From the human T2T-CHM13v2.0 reference genome, Homo sapiens: 64,000 bases of DNA. The first letter of the stretch is position 1. Each line of letters opens with the position of its first letter. The stretch is from the NCBI RefSeq assembly GCF_009914755.1, contig NC_060942.1; one strand, given 5' to 3'. A model generated the notes under the pieces. That model was not told the DNA's origin. It did no database searches and saw nothing but the letters and a program-made list of their open reading frames with translations. Shown piece after piece: positions 1-13,526 of the stretch. The position numbers and the translations under genes were made by a program.

Positions 1-120
1 GGGACAGAAATAGAAAATGCTGATTATAATTTAGCTTTATAAGTTCAAGGATAAAGGACAACAAGAGGTAGAATAAAGTGTCTAATGAAAACGACATCTG
101 TCAGGCCAGGGCAATTGTAC

Positions 121-262
121 TGACTTCTCTTCCAAGTGTGTTCCAAGGACAAGCAGCATCAGTATCACCTGGAGACTGGTTGAAATGCAAAAATTTTGAG
201 CCCCACCTAGACTCACTGAGTCATTATTTTCATTGTATCAGCATCCTCAGGTGATTTATGAG
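121..262. mobile_element. MER5-family (hAT-Charlie) fragment
   Basis: gcagcatcagtatcacctggagactggttgaaatgca...ccccacctagact...caggtgatt resembles the MER5A/B core. Confidence 0.6.
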
Positions 263-2460
263 AAGGTTAACAAAAGAAGAAAGAACATGAGCAAAGACAT
301 GAGGGAAGAGAAAGAGTAAAACAAACACCACTGCCAATAACAAATCAGCCTCGTTTTGTATAGAGAAATAGAAAAATTCAGAATATAACAAAACAGATCA
401 CCCTGATAGAAGGTGAGAGAAGACAGTAAATTGGATGAGGCTTTTTGTGTTAATCTGAGTACGGAGTCTAATTTGTAGCACTGGGGGCTATTGCGGGACT
501 TGTTACGTGAGACTAAATGGTCACAATAACCCCACCTAGGTCTTTGAGGTAAACCAGATGAGAGATTGTAAAAGCCTTGATCACACCTCAGGTACTTTGC
601 ATTGCTTTTAAAACATCCTTCAAATTAAATGTTGATTTTTTATTGTAAATTTTATAAGAGATTGAAACAGATTTATAAAATATCAGAATGTTTAAGCAAC
701 CAAATGAATAATTAATAATATCACAGCCACCTCTATCACTATTTTGTGGTATTTTTGTTTTTATTTTTATATATAATAATTTTTTGCAAGAAATGTCATA
801 AATTATACATAGTATTGTGAGGATTTTTAATCAACTTAAATAGCATAAAATGGCGCCATGAAATCCAAATAAACATTTTAATGTCTGCAGAATGTTCCAT
901 TTTAATGTCTGCAGACTATAATTAAACATAATATTTTCAGTAACCATTTAGGTTAACTTGACTTTTTCATGATCATAATGGAGTACATTTGTGCAAAATG
1001 TTTGTGTGTTTCTGATATTATTTGTCATACGTTCCAATACATAATGAATAAAACATGAATATTTTAGGGCTTTTGGTATGGCTTTGATTTAGAAATGCCT
1101 TCCAAAATGTGCTCCAATTCATATTACCACCATTCTCATAATTTTGATATTAACATTTTTCTTGACCAAAAATATACATACCTTCTTTAAAAGATGAACT
1201 ATACAAACATAAAGATAAAAATGTAAAGCACCCATAAGGGATCCTTCCTGCCAGTGATAATTTCCACTAACTTTTTACACTATTTCCTTCCAACCATGTC
1301 TATTAAGTCACATATTTCATATCCATCTCTATACAAGTGTGTTTTTGTGTATAAATGCATTTACAAACTGATTTACATATTCTATATATTTATTAATATA
1401 CACAAGCATTCACACACAGACACTCTCCCCCAAATCATCTTTGTATTCCTAACAAATATGCATTAAAGGCATTATATAAAACTTGCTTCAATGGAAAATA
1501 GAGTCAATTATTTCTTCAGATATTTCATAAATGCATATCCATAAATCTTAAACATTATCGAGTGGCTCAATGTTTGATTAGGCTACACATTTTTATTAAA
1601 TACTAATCTTTTCCTTTCATCAGTTGCTCTTGTCATTAGCAAAGCCCTCGCATATTTTTATCACCTTTTATCACTGGTTACTAAAGGACCATTCAGACAG
1701 TGCAACAGGGGGGTTCCTGTGCTTACCACGTTGCAACCATATGTCATCTCCATCGCAAAAATGTCACTTTCTAGATTTTAGATCTAGAATATCTAACTGA
1801 AGATACAAAGCTATCTAGAGTATTCCATTGGAGATAGTAAAATGAATGCCATAGGAAAACAGCATGTATTTATTTTAATATTAAGATCCTACTCTGTGTG
1901 CAGTTGCAGAGCTTGCTTTTATTAAATTAACATTATATAGTTATATCTAACAGTGTTAAGTATAACATTTTTTCCAAAGTTATTTTGTTTCTTGAATATT
2001 ATTCTAATGCAGATATACCAATATTGTTGTAATTATTTCACTAATTTGGGTCATGTGTGCATTGTTATTTTGCTATTATCATAGGTTACTTACTAAAATA
2101 AACATCTATTCTAAGTTTTCTGCATCTCTGAATATTTTCTATCACTGTTGGTACCATGAGATATTATTATATTGATATTTTAGATTGGTTGACATTTTGA
2201 TTAGATGATTGTACTATTATTAATTATATGTGTCAGTTTGGTTAAATTACCTAAACTTTCTTATATCCTCTTCAATATTTTGATGTGCTATAATGTCTCA
2301 ACTGGCCAGAAAATGCATGATTATATATTTGCTCTTCCATTTTATTTAATGAAATTTAGTTATGCAATGTTTAATAAATTTATTTTTGCCATTTATTACT
2401 TCCAGTCTCTATTTTGTAGAATTGTTAGCAGTAGAAACAAATCTTTGAGAATTCACATTT

Positions 2461-2510
2461 AGAGGAATTTACAGGAAATTACAGGAAATTAGAGGAAATT
2501 AGAGGAAAAT
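2461..2510 (+). repeat. 10-bp minisatellite A(G/C)AGGAAATT x5
   Basis: agaggaattt acaggaaatt acaggaaatt agaggaaatt agaggaaaat. Confidence 0.9.
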
Positions 2511-3031
2511 ACAGAATGAATTATTACTATATGTTATGTAATGTAATAGTAAGGATTTTTTTCCTACTCTCCAATTGTAAAATAGTATAAAATATTTCCT
2601 TCAAATACTGAATGAGCCACACTTTACTTTTGCAGTTAAATTATATTGCTTAGACTAAATTTTCTTTATTTACTCTATGAGATAAATCCTAGATCTTTTA
2701 TGAGGCAGGGGAAAGGCTTATAAGGTACTCTTATTTAACAGACCATAAAATGAATTTATCTATTACATGAGGAATGATACATGTACACTGAAGTTTATTT
2801 TTCAACTGCAGATCCTATGAAAAGTTAATCCCTAATTTTATGATCATTCATCATTTTAGGTGTGCCTGGTGGCATTATCCATTTCATTATCGCTACTAAA
2901 CCAATATTTTATTTTTATATGAAAGCTCATGAGTGAAAGTTATATATAATATTTATTTCTTGTATTTTTATTTTTGAATCCTTGAGGCACATTAAACAAA
3001 TTATATCTATGTAGATTTAGATTAGATGCAG

Positions 3032-3033
<2 letters not shown>

Positions 3034-3068
<35 letters not shown>
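3034..3068. repeat. (GT)n microsatellite
   Basis: Uninterrupted GT run of about 17 units. Confidence 0.97.
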
Positions 3069-3070
<2 letters not shown>

Positions 3071-4289
3071 ATGGCTTCCTCAGTGTTAAATTTGACTCTG
3101 TGGCTAAGGTTTTGATCAATTTGATGGTATTAAAATGTCAGTTTAGTCAATAACAAGATCAAGCAATAGGATTATTGAGATTTTTCATTAACTATCCTCT
3201 AGAGATTTGACAGAAATTCTTGAATCGGTTGATTACTTTAGTGGTATGCATTCTACCTCCAACCATATCTGTTGATTTTATCACTCTGTAGTAGAAGTAT
3301 GTTTGATAAGCAGGGTTTAAAATATGTCAACGTTTTGTGACTATGTGGCTATTGAAGTTGTCTTATTTTTACTTAGATGAATGTGACAAAATTAATCTCT
3401 GTGTTTTTTAAGATTGGTTGCTATGTTATTAAACTTAAAAAATCTGTTTCTGAGAGGTTAAATTAAAAATAAATGTTATCAATATCAGTAGCCTCTCTTA
3501 CCATTTTGAATCTAATTCTTTAAACCTGGGTGAGGTAAGAGGCATATGAGAGCCCACAGGTAGGAAGCTCCCAGCTGGACTGCAAAAGAAAGAGGAAAAG
3601 CAAATGCCTGGAAAGTTCCTGCCATTACTGTTGCTGTCAGAAAAAGGAGAGAAGTAGGCTAGAGTGTTAGAGTAAAAAGAAATCAAGGCCCAAAGGAACA
3701 TGCAAATTCATAAATATGGCATTGGCTATTTTATTATTGAGCAAAAAAAATGAGTTTAATACATGCAGGTAAGCAGTCAGAAAGTTGAAGTGTATTTTAT
3801 CTCTTATTACAGAATCAAAGCAGCACTTGCTATGTATCATCCTACTTTTAGTACACAGCAGATACTCAATTTGCATTAGTTACATTGAGCTTACTCAGAT
3901 GTCCTGTTTTTCATAATTCTTTATCAAGTTTATGCTGACATGTGGTTGTTTATAAATTTTACCAGTTCCCCTTATAGTTACCCCGATAGTGTATCTTGCA
4001 CTTATGGTTAACATGACCTACACTTATTGGATACAGGTTTGCCTGCTATATTACATAACCATTTCTATCACTCTAGATTACTGCTCCCATGATCTTTTCC
4101 TATATTTCTACAAAAGTTTACTGTTTCATCTTCCTGCTTCCCCTATGGACTCCTTATAAATGATTGGCCGGTTTAATGCCCAAAGCCCTTCCATTCAACT
4201 TTGAACAAAACCCTAACTCCTTTATATGCCCCCAGGTTGTTACATGCCTGGAGTCTGACCATTAGAATTTCAGCTTACGTATCTTTATT

Positions 4290-4480
4290 TCTCTCTTTTT
4301 TTCTTTTGTAGCCTAGCTAGCAGTCTATCTTATGAATTTTTTCAAATAACCACCTCCTGGATTCATTGACCTTTTGCATAGTGTTTCATTTCTCAATTGC
4401 TCTGATTTTGGTTATTTCTTGTGTTTTGCTAGCTTTGGGGTTGGTTTGCTCTTGCTTCACTAGTTCTTCTAGTTGTGATG
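4290..4480 (-). mobile_element. L1 ORF2-region fragment
   Basis: ctagctagcagtctatc...ctcctggattcattga...gttatttcttgtgttttgctagctttggggttggtttgctcttgc matches antisense primate L1. Confidence 0.75.
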
Positions 4481-5485
4481 TTATTCAGCCCTTTCCAAAC
4501 CAGGTGGTCAGTTTCTGTTACATCATTGTGTTTATTTTTTCCTTGGAGTTTATCACAAAGTACCCTGTTGAGTTATGGGCTTTTTGTTGTTGCTTTTTTT
4601 CTCTCTCCTTCCTACTACCCCAATTTGAATGTCAGAACTAAGGCAGCAAGGGTGTCCTCTGACTTATTCATAGTTGTATTAATTACCATCAGTCATTTGG
4701 TATAGAACATTTTCTAACCAGGCTTGAAAAGAAGAAACGAAAATAAGGGTGGAACGAATGAAGGAGGAGCAGCGTGGAAAAACTGGGAAGTTCTCTTTTT
4801 CAAAAATCACGTAATAAGGAAATCATAAAATAATATTACAATAAATTATTGAATTACATATTAAACACTCAGATTTACAATATAGGAATGAAATTGCACC
4901 AAACAAAACTGGCAGATGAAAAACTTTAAAGAAAGCAAAATTTAAGGGATAACTTCAGATTTCTAATCACTAAATCAGCCTGTTTCATACCTCAAAGCTG
5001 CCACTAATGTGAAATCACAATTGGAGAAGATTTGGCAACAATATTTCCTCAAACCTGCTCATTTGGTCTTATCTACATGGCTACCACTTTAAAGCTACCA
5101 CCATGTCTCACTGGACCCGCAGCATTCATCTCCTAACAGCTTTACCTGCTCTACTTTTCTCTAACAAAATCGTGGTGATCTTTAAAAAGAAATTATATTA
5201 TCTTAATACTCAGCACCCTGTACCTCAGTACCCTGAATCGTGAATTCCCTTAAGAAGTGTGTAATTATAACCATTTCTGTCACTCTAGATTACTGTAATA
5301 ATCTCCACTCCTTTAGACACTGGGCCACAGATCTACTGAATTATTTTCAGGGTTTGAGTGTAGGGAGTTTATTCTGAAAAGAAATATGACAAGTAATATT
5401 TATGAAAATAAACTTTTGAAAGAGATTTGAAAAGCATAGCTTGAAAATAATGTATGTGTGGCAATGATTTGGAAATGCTGTTCCT

Positions 5486-6454
5486 TGAAGGGGTGGGTTG
5501 CCCCTCCACACCTGTGGGTGTTTCTCATAAGGTGGAACGAGAGACTTGGAAAAGAAAAAGACACAGAGACAAAGTATAGAGAAAGAAATAAGTGGACCCG
5601 GGGAACCAGCGTTCAGCATATGGAGGATCCCGCCAGCCTCTGAGTTCCCTTAGTATTTATTGATCATTCGTGGGTGTTTCTCCAAGAGGGGGATGTGTCA
5701 GGGTCACAAGACAATAGTGGGGAGAGGGTCAGCAGACAAACATGTGAACAAAGGTCTTTGCATCATAGACAAGGTAAAGGATTAAGTGCTGTGCTTTTAG
5801 ATATGCATACACATAAACATCTCAATGCTTTACAAAGCAGTATTGCTGCCCACATGTCCCACCTCCAGCCCTAAGGAGGTTTTTCCCTATCTCAGTAGAT
5901 GGAACGTACAATTGGGTTTTATACGGAGACATTCCATTGCCCAGGGACGGGCAGGAGACAGATGCCTTCCTCTTGTCTCAAGTGCAAGAGGCATGCCTTC
6001 CTCTTATACTAATCCTCCTCAGCACAGACCCTTTATGGGTGTCGGGCTTGGGGACGGTCAGGTCTTTCCCTTCCCACGAGACCATATTTCAGACTATCAC
6101 ATGGGGAGAAACCTTGGACAATACCTGGCTTTCCTAGGCAGAGGTCCCTGCGGCCTTCCTCAGTGTTTGTGTCCCTGGGTACTTGAGATTAGGGAGTGGT
6201 GATGACTCTTAAGGAGCATGCTGCCTTCAAGCCTTTGTTTAACAAAGCACATCTTGCACCGCCCTTAATCCATTTAACCCTGAGTTTGACACAGCACATG
6301 TTTCAGAGAGCACAGGGTTGGGGGTAAGGTCATAGATTAACAGAATCTCAAGGCAGAAGAATTTTTCTTAGTACAGAATAAAATGGAGTCTCCTATGTCT
6401 ACTTCTTTCTATACAGACACAGTAACAATCTGATCTCTCTTGCTTTTCCCCACA
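5486..6454 (-). mobile_element. HERV-K(HML-2) solo LTR, LTR5_Hs, full length (969 bp)
   Basis: The minus strand begins TGTGGGGAAAAGCAAGAGAGATCAGATTGTTACTGTG and ends GGAGGGGCAACCCACCCCTTCA. TG...CA termini, perfect 6-bp TSD GTTCCT (5480-5485 and 6455-6460), and no internal gag/env sequence. Confidence 0.95.
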
Positions 6455-6824
6455 GTTCCTATCCCTAATTAAGCCTGAAAGAGTTTTCTAAAAAGTTCTA
6501 CAATACATCCCAGTTGTTTTCAGATTTTATAAGCACAGCATCACGTGAAGGAAGTGGAAATAAATTGCATGAGAACTGCCCCTGAAATTTTAGTTCAGAA
6601 TGTCTGGTAAGGGGTCCAAGAAAGTGATTTTTTAAAAACATTCCCAGCTATTGCATTTAGTATGTGGCCAGTTTTTTAAAAAGAACAAACAAAACCAAAC
6701 CAAAACCAAAGCAAAAAATACATTACCAACACTACATTGAAAGAATGATTTAATGGTAAAAATCTATCTCTATAATTGAATGGAAATCTTTTTACCTGTC
6801 ATAAAGCAAGACATCCTACTGACA

Positions 6825-7045
6825 GTAGAATAGAGGTTAAGAGTTTGAGGTTGTGGAATCTGTCTGGTTCAAATGCTAATGAGCCATGATTCTACTTCTA
6901 ATGAACATTGCTTCCAAAAACAATTAATACAATATTCTCATTTTGCCACAGTAACTTTGGTTCTTAACCGCAGGACCATTGTGCAGATTAAATGAAAGCA
7001 TTGAAAACTGTGCCAAAGGCATAGTGTGCTCTCAATATTTATTGT
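6825..7045 (+). mobile_element. MIR, degenerate
   Basis: tagaggttaagag...ggttcaaat...gattaaatgaaagcattgaaaactgtgcc...atagtgtgctctcaata. Confidence 0.5.
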
Positions 7046-7451
7046 CTTCTAAAATGACAAATTCATGTAATAGTTCTCCTGGGAAACCCTGTACATTTGC
7101 CAAATTCAGTAAGTATTTTCCCTCTAGAGAAGGCAATATGAGATATTTGAAATGAATAACTCTGAGAAAGACTGATTGAAGGAAGACAGCTATGCTGAGG
7201 ACCATTATTTCTATGTTTTGATATTTATAGAGAGCTTCCTTAAGATTTTAATAGTTAATTTACCTCCGCTGTGTGAGATAGTTTAACATTATTATTTCCT
7301 TTTTAAAATGAGGAAACTGAAGCTCACGTGACTTCATGACTGTTTACACATGCAAACCAAAGGAACAGTAACAGTTGGGAACCACGTTTGGGATCTCTTC
7401 CTTAAATGTCAATGAATCTCTGTAAATTATTCTGTTTTACTTTGTATATAT

Positions 7452-7851
7452 TGTATGAGGCAGCATGGGCTGCCATAACGAAATACCACAAATTGAGTAG
7501 CTTAAACAACAGGAATTTATTTTTTCACATTTCTGGAGGCTGTACGTTCAGAATCTCAAAGTATCAGCCAGGTTGGTTTCTCATGAGGCCCCTTTTCTTG
7601 GTTTGCAGATGGCCGCCTTCTTGCTGAGACCTTGCATCACCTTTTCTTGTTGTGTGTGCGCTCCTGTGATCTCTTTCTCTTCTTATTTGAATACCCTACT
7701 GGAGTAGGGCCCCACTCTTACAACTTCATTTAGCCTTAATTACCTTCTTACTCTACTTCCAGGTAGAGTCACATTAGGATTTAATGCTTCAATATGTGAA
7801 TTTTGAATTCACATATTGAATTGGAGGGAACACAATTCAGTTCCTAAAACG
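7452..7851 (-). mobile_element. MaLR LTR (MLT1A/B-like)
   Basis: gggctgccataacgaaataccaca...gcttaaacaacaggaattt...tctggaggctg...ggagggaacacaattcagttcctaa. Confidence 0.85.
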
Positions 7852-8227
7852 TATCAATAGTAAATTATTCATGAAGCATTCAATATATCAAAACATGACA
7901 AATGACCACAAAAATATAATGATTATGATAAAATGAATACAAACAAACTTTTCTAGTGAATAAAACATGTAATAAACAAATTATTAACATGTTAATCATT
8001 TCCTTCTGTGATAAAATACTCTCAAAATTATGGTTTTAAATGTATTATAACTATGTTCTTTACTAAATAATCATTAGGCTGTTCATAAATACACATTCTT
8101 AATGCAAAAACAGAAATACTGAGGAATCATTTTAAATTAATTTTACATTTTAAAAATAAATTTTACTTAAAGTATCATACTGTATTCAAACTCCAATGTC
8201 TTTAATAGTTGGACCAAAATATTTCCT

Positions 8228-10633
8228 TTTTATTTTTTACTTTTATTTTAGGTTTAATGGTACATGTGCAGGTTTCTTACATAGGTAAACTGCATGTCAC
8301 AGGGGCATGGTGTACAGATTACTTCATCACCCAGATAATAAGCATAGCACCCAATACAATAGGTATTTTTTCTGTTCCTCTCCCTCCTTCCACCCTCCAC
8401 CCTCAAGTAGGTCCCAGTGTCTGTTGTTCTCCTCTTTGTGTCCATGTGCTCTTGTTGTTTAGCTCCCACTTATGTGTGAGAACATGTGGTATTTGGTTTT
8501 CTGTTTCTGTGTTCGTTTGCTTAGAATAATGACCTCTAGCACAATCTATGTTGCTGCAAAGAACATAAACTCATTCTTTTTTATAGCTGCATAGTGTCCC
8601 ATGGTGTACGTGTACCACATTTTCTTTAGTCTACTGTTGATGGGCATATAAGTTGATTGTCTTTGCTATTTTGAATTGTGCTGCAATGAACATATGCATG
8701 CTTATGTCTTTGTGGTAGAATGATTTATACTACTTTGAGTATATACCCAACAATGGGATTGCTGGGTCAAATGGTAATTCTGTTTTAAGTATTTGGAGGA
8801 ATCACCACACTGCTTTCCCAGAATGGCTGAACTAATTTACACTCCCACCCAAAATGCATAAGTATTCCCTATCCTCTGCAACCTCGCCAGCATCTATTAT
8901 TTTTTGACTCATAAATAATAGCCATTCTGGCTGGTATAAGATGGTATCTCATTGTGGTTTTTATTTGCATTTCTCTAATAATTAGGCTGAGCATTTTATA
9001 ATATGCTTATTGGATGCATGAATGTCTTCTTTTGAGAACTGTCTGTTCATATCCTCGGCCCACTTTTTAATGGTGTTTGTTTTCCTTTTGTAAATTTTTT
9101 AAGGTTCTTAAGCATTCTGGATATTAGACCTTTGTCAGATGGATGGTTTGCAAAAAATTTCTCTTATTCTGTAGGTTGTCTGTTTACCCTTATGATACTT
9201 TATTTTGCTGTTCAGAAGGTCTTTACTTTAATTAGATCCCAATTGTCAATTTTTGCTTTTGTTGTAATTGCTTTTGGCATCTTTGTCATGAAATATTTGT
9301 CAGGTCCTATGTACAGAATGGTATTTCCTAGGTTATATTCCAGGGCTTTTATAGTTTTAGGTTTTATATTTAAGTCTTTATAATCCATCTTGAGTTGATT
9401 TTTGTATATGGTATAAAGAAGGGGTCCAGTTTCAATCTTCCACATATGGCTAGCCAGTTATCCCAGCACCATTTATTCAATAGAGAGTCCTTTTCCCGTT
9501 GCTCATTTTTGTCAGCTTTGTTGAACATCAGATAGTTATATGCATGTGTCATTATTTCTGGGATCTCTATTCTGTTTCATTGGTCTATGTGTCTATTTTT
9601 GTATCAGTACCATGCTGTTTTGGTTACTGTAGCCTTGTAGTATAGTTTGAAGTTGGGTAATGTGATGCCTCCAGCTTTGTTATTTTTGCTTAGAATTGCC
9701 TTGGCTATTTGGGCTCTTTTTGCAGAGACACAACAACAGCAAACAAAAACTTCAGGCCAATATGCTCAGTGAACATAGATGCAAAAAGTCCTCAACAAAA
9801 TACTCACAAACTGAATCTGCCATCGCATCAAAAAGCTAATGCATCATGATCAAGTAGGCTTTATCCCTGGGATGGCAATCAATAAATGTGAATCATCACA
9901 TAAAGACAGCTGAAGACAAAAACCACGTGATTATCTCAATAGATACAGAAAACACTTTCAATAAAATCCAATATCCCTTCATCTTAAAAACCCTCAGTAA
10001 ACTAGGCATTGAAGGACCATACTTCAAAATAATAAGAGCCATCTAAGACAAACCCACAACCAACATTATACTGAATGGGCAAAAGATGGAAGCATTCCCT
10101 GTGATAACCAGTACAAGATAAAGATGCCTTGTCTCACCACTCCTATTCAACATAGTATGAGAAGCCCTGACTAGAGCTATCAGGCAAGAGAGAAATAAAA
10201 CGCATCCAAATTGGAAGAGAGAATGTGAAACTATCCCTGTTTGCAGATGACGTGATTCTATATCTAAAAAAACCTCATCATCTGTTCCCAAAATCTCCTT
10301 GATCTGATAAACAACTTCAGCAAAGTTTCAGGATACAAAATCAATGTACGGTAATCAGTAGCATTCTTAAACACCAACATCTAAACCTAGAGTCATATAA
10401 GGAATGTAGTCCCATTCACAATAGCCCCCAAAAGAATAGAATACCTAGGAATACAGCTAACCAGGGAGGTAAAATATCTCTACAATGAGAGTTACACTGC
10501 TCAAATAAATCAGATATGACAAAAACAAATGGAAAATAATTCCATGTTCATGGACAGGAAGAATCAATATTGTATAAATGGCCATACTGCCCAAAGCAAC
10601 TTACAGATTAAATGCTATTCCTATCAAACTACT
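8228..10633 (-). mobile_element. Old primate L1 (L1PA13-16/L1PB-like), 5'-truncated with 5' inversion
   Basis: 8228-9722 is antisense L1 3' UTR/ORF2. 9722-10633 is upstream ORF2 sequence on the opposite (+) strand. Degenerate TSD aaaatatttcct (8216-8227) / aaaatgtttctt (10634-10645). Confidence 0.9.
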
Positions 10634-11673
10634 AAAATGTTTCTTAAATATCTAATAATACCTGTAAGTTAACTTCCTAAATGTCATAGCCCACATTGAT
10701 ATTCAAATACTAAAATCTAAAATAATAGAGCAGAAGTTAAAAATTTATGAATCAAAGAAAAAGTTTAAAAGAAACATTTCTCATTCATCTATTAAATTAT
10801 TTAGGAACTGTCCTAAGTACTGGCACTGTAATGCCAAATAAGTGTGTGTGTGTGTGTTTTTTTTTTCCCAAGTAGGTATACAGGTGAGAAGATGAAAATG
10901 TAAAATAAGTTGAGGGTCCAGAATAATATTAGTCAAACATTACTATTAGCCTATTACATTATTGTATTTTTAATCTTGAACCTATATAACAGAATGAAAA
11001 TCTTTCTAAAAATAAATTTTTAATGAGGCATGAATGTTGAACATTCTGGTTTCTCCATAGAAAATGGAAACTAAGAAAAGTGAAATCAACAAATATGTGT
11101 GAGTTTGATACAAGGGGAAACTTCTATGATAAGAAAGTAAACTTGTGCCATCTCTATGAATTAGGAATTATAGATAGCAACAAAATGTGGGTATTACTGA
11201 AAAATGTCCAAATGTTTGAAATTCAGAAATAAGACTAAATATTATTTGGGAGTTCATTATGATATTATTAACAAAATGTTCATTCTGTAAGCATAAATAT
11301 TTGATGAGAAGAGTTTACAGAATAGCATTTCTCCATCAGGGTGCTTAAAAAAAACTCCCCTCCCCCATACCCCTTGGAAGAGTAACAACTTAAATCTATA
11401 TAATTCTTTCTAACATTTAACTTGATTTCACTTTAATAACGCTGGTATAGAGATCAATCACTTGGGATCTGGTTCATCTTTAGCAGTGGTTTGACTTTGT
11501 ATAGAGGAGGATTGATATTTCTTGCAATTTTATTTATTTTTATTTATTTATTTTTAAACTCTTGGTTTTTTCATTGAATTATATTTTTCATTGTAAATAT
11601 TAGGTAAAAATGTAACATTAAAAGAATCTGAAATTCCTGTATGTTACCATCATCAAAGGTTTTAAGATTTTCT

Positions 11674-12015
11674 TTCTTTTTTTTTTTATTATACTCTAAG
11701 TTCTGGGATACATGTGCAGAACGTGTAGGTTTGTTACATAGGTATACACGTGCTATGGTGGTTTGCTGCACCCATCAACCCGTCATCTACATTAGGTATC
11801 TCTCCTAATGGTATCCGTCCCGTAGTCCCCTACCCCCTGGCAGGCCCTGCTGTGTGATGTTCCCCTCTCTGTGTCCATGTGTTCTCATTGTTCAACTCCA
11901 ACTTATGAGTGAGAACATGTGGTATTTGGTTTTCTGTTCCTGTGTTAGTTTGCTGAGAATGATGGTTTGCAGCTTCATCCATGTCCCTGCAAAGGACATG
12001 AATTCATCCTTTTTT
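11674..12015 (-). mobile_element. L1PA 3' end (L1PA7-like), ~340 bp
   Basis: Poly(T) then attatactctaagttctgggatacatgtgcagaacgtg...ccctgcaaaggacatgaattcatcc. Confidence 0.9.
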
Positions 12016-12377
12016 TTTCTTAACATGCAATTTTAATAAATACTGAAATTATTGGTTTATTCTCTAGTGCTAAGGATTAGCAATCTACTTCAAGGGAAAA
12101 GCAAGATTTTTGTCTGGAAGCTGAGCATATGTGGAAAATTCCCCAACATTGTAAAATATTCAATTGGAAGAATAAAGGTGCTAAAAATTACTGTGTGGAA
12201 GGGAGGAGAATAAAATCACACAGACCCACCCCATGGAAGCCCCAGTAAGGCCAAGAAGAAAACAACCTGGCCACTTAGCAAATAAAACACTTCTTAAAAT
12301 ATTTTAATGGTTAACCTAGAAAAACACAATTAATAGTACTCAAGTAAGATACTTTTTGTTGTGGATTTTTTTCCTAA

Positions 12378-12741
<364 letters not shown>

Positions 12742-13526
12742 TTAAATCTGCATTTCTAAAACCTTGATATTGTCTATGAGCCAAGTGTTGAAGGAGCAAA
12801 TTACAGACAGATTCATTGTAATTCAACTCACAATGTTTGCATATAATTTCAATTTGTGAGTATACAGGACAAAATAGCACTTCGATAAGATGAGATGCTC
12901 ACACGTATCACCCTTGTTGAAAACTTCTAAAACCTTCTGAATCTATCATTTCTGCTTCATCTTAGTCATCACCTTGGATTAAGTGTTGCTCTTTCTATTT
13001 TTGCCTTGTGGGATATTCTGCCTTTAAGATGACTTCTGCACTTTAGATATTAAGTGCTCATTTTACTGCATTAACTTTCCTAGTCATGATAGTGCCTTCA
13101 CTGTATAGCCAAGAATCACTTACAATAGCAGTACCCATAATTACATTTCACATTAATTTTCATTGTCCTTCTAATAAAACAAGTTTAGGTTAGATAATGT
13201 ATGCTAAATGCTTCATGTCCAGTACCACATAATGCAATCTATAAATGTTATCTTATTTCATCTTCATTACAAGACTATAAGTGCAACCATTTTAAAGATG
13301 GAGAGTATTAAACTCTCTGTGGATATGAAACTTGCTCTTAGACACACATGGGAAAACTGTAATATGAACCCTAATTGATTTCAAAGCTTAAAGAACTATT
13401 TCCAAATAAAATGGAGTTTATTTTAAAATACCTTATTTCGATCAGGAAAAAAAAGGCTAATTTTTAGAAAATCAAGGAATGTTTACCTAGGTGTTTCAGT
13501 AAAACAAATGTTCCATTAATAAGACT

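Noticed and set aside
1590-1870. Distinct-looking segment, possibly an old DNA transposon or conserved element
   Set aside because: I could not identify TIRs or a family with confidence; it needs a Dfam search.
5347-6202. Overlapping ORFs as HERV-K proteins (Rec, Np9, Env)
   Set aside because: They lie within the solo LTR, and the TSD directly flanks it, so no proviral coding region remains.
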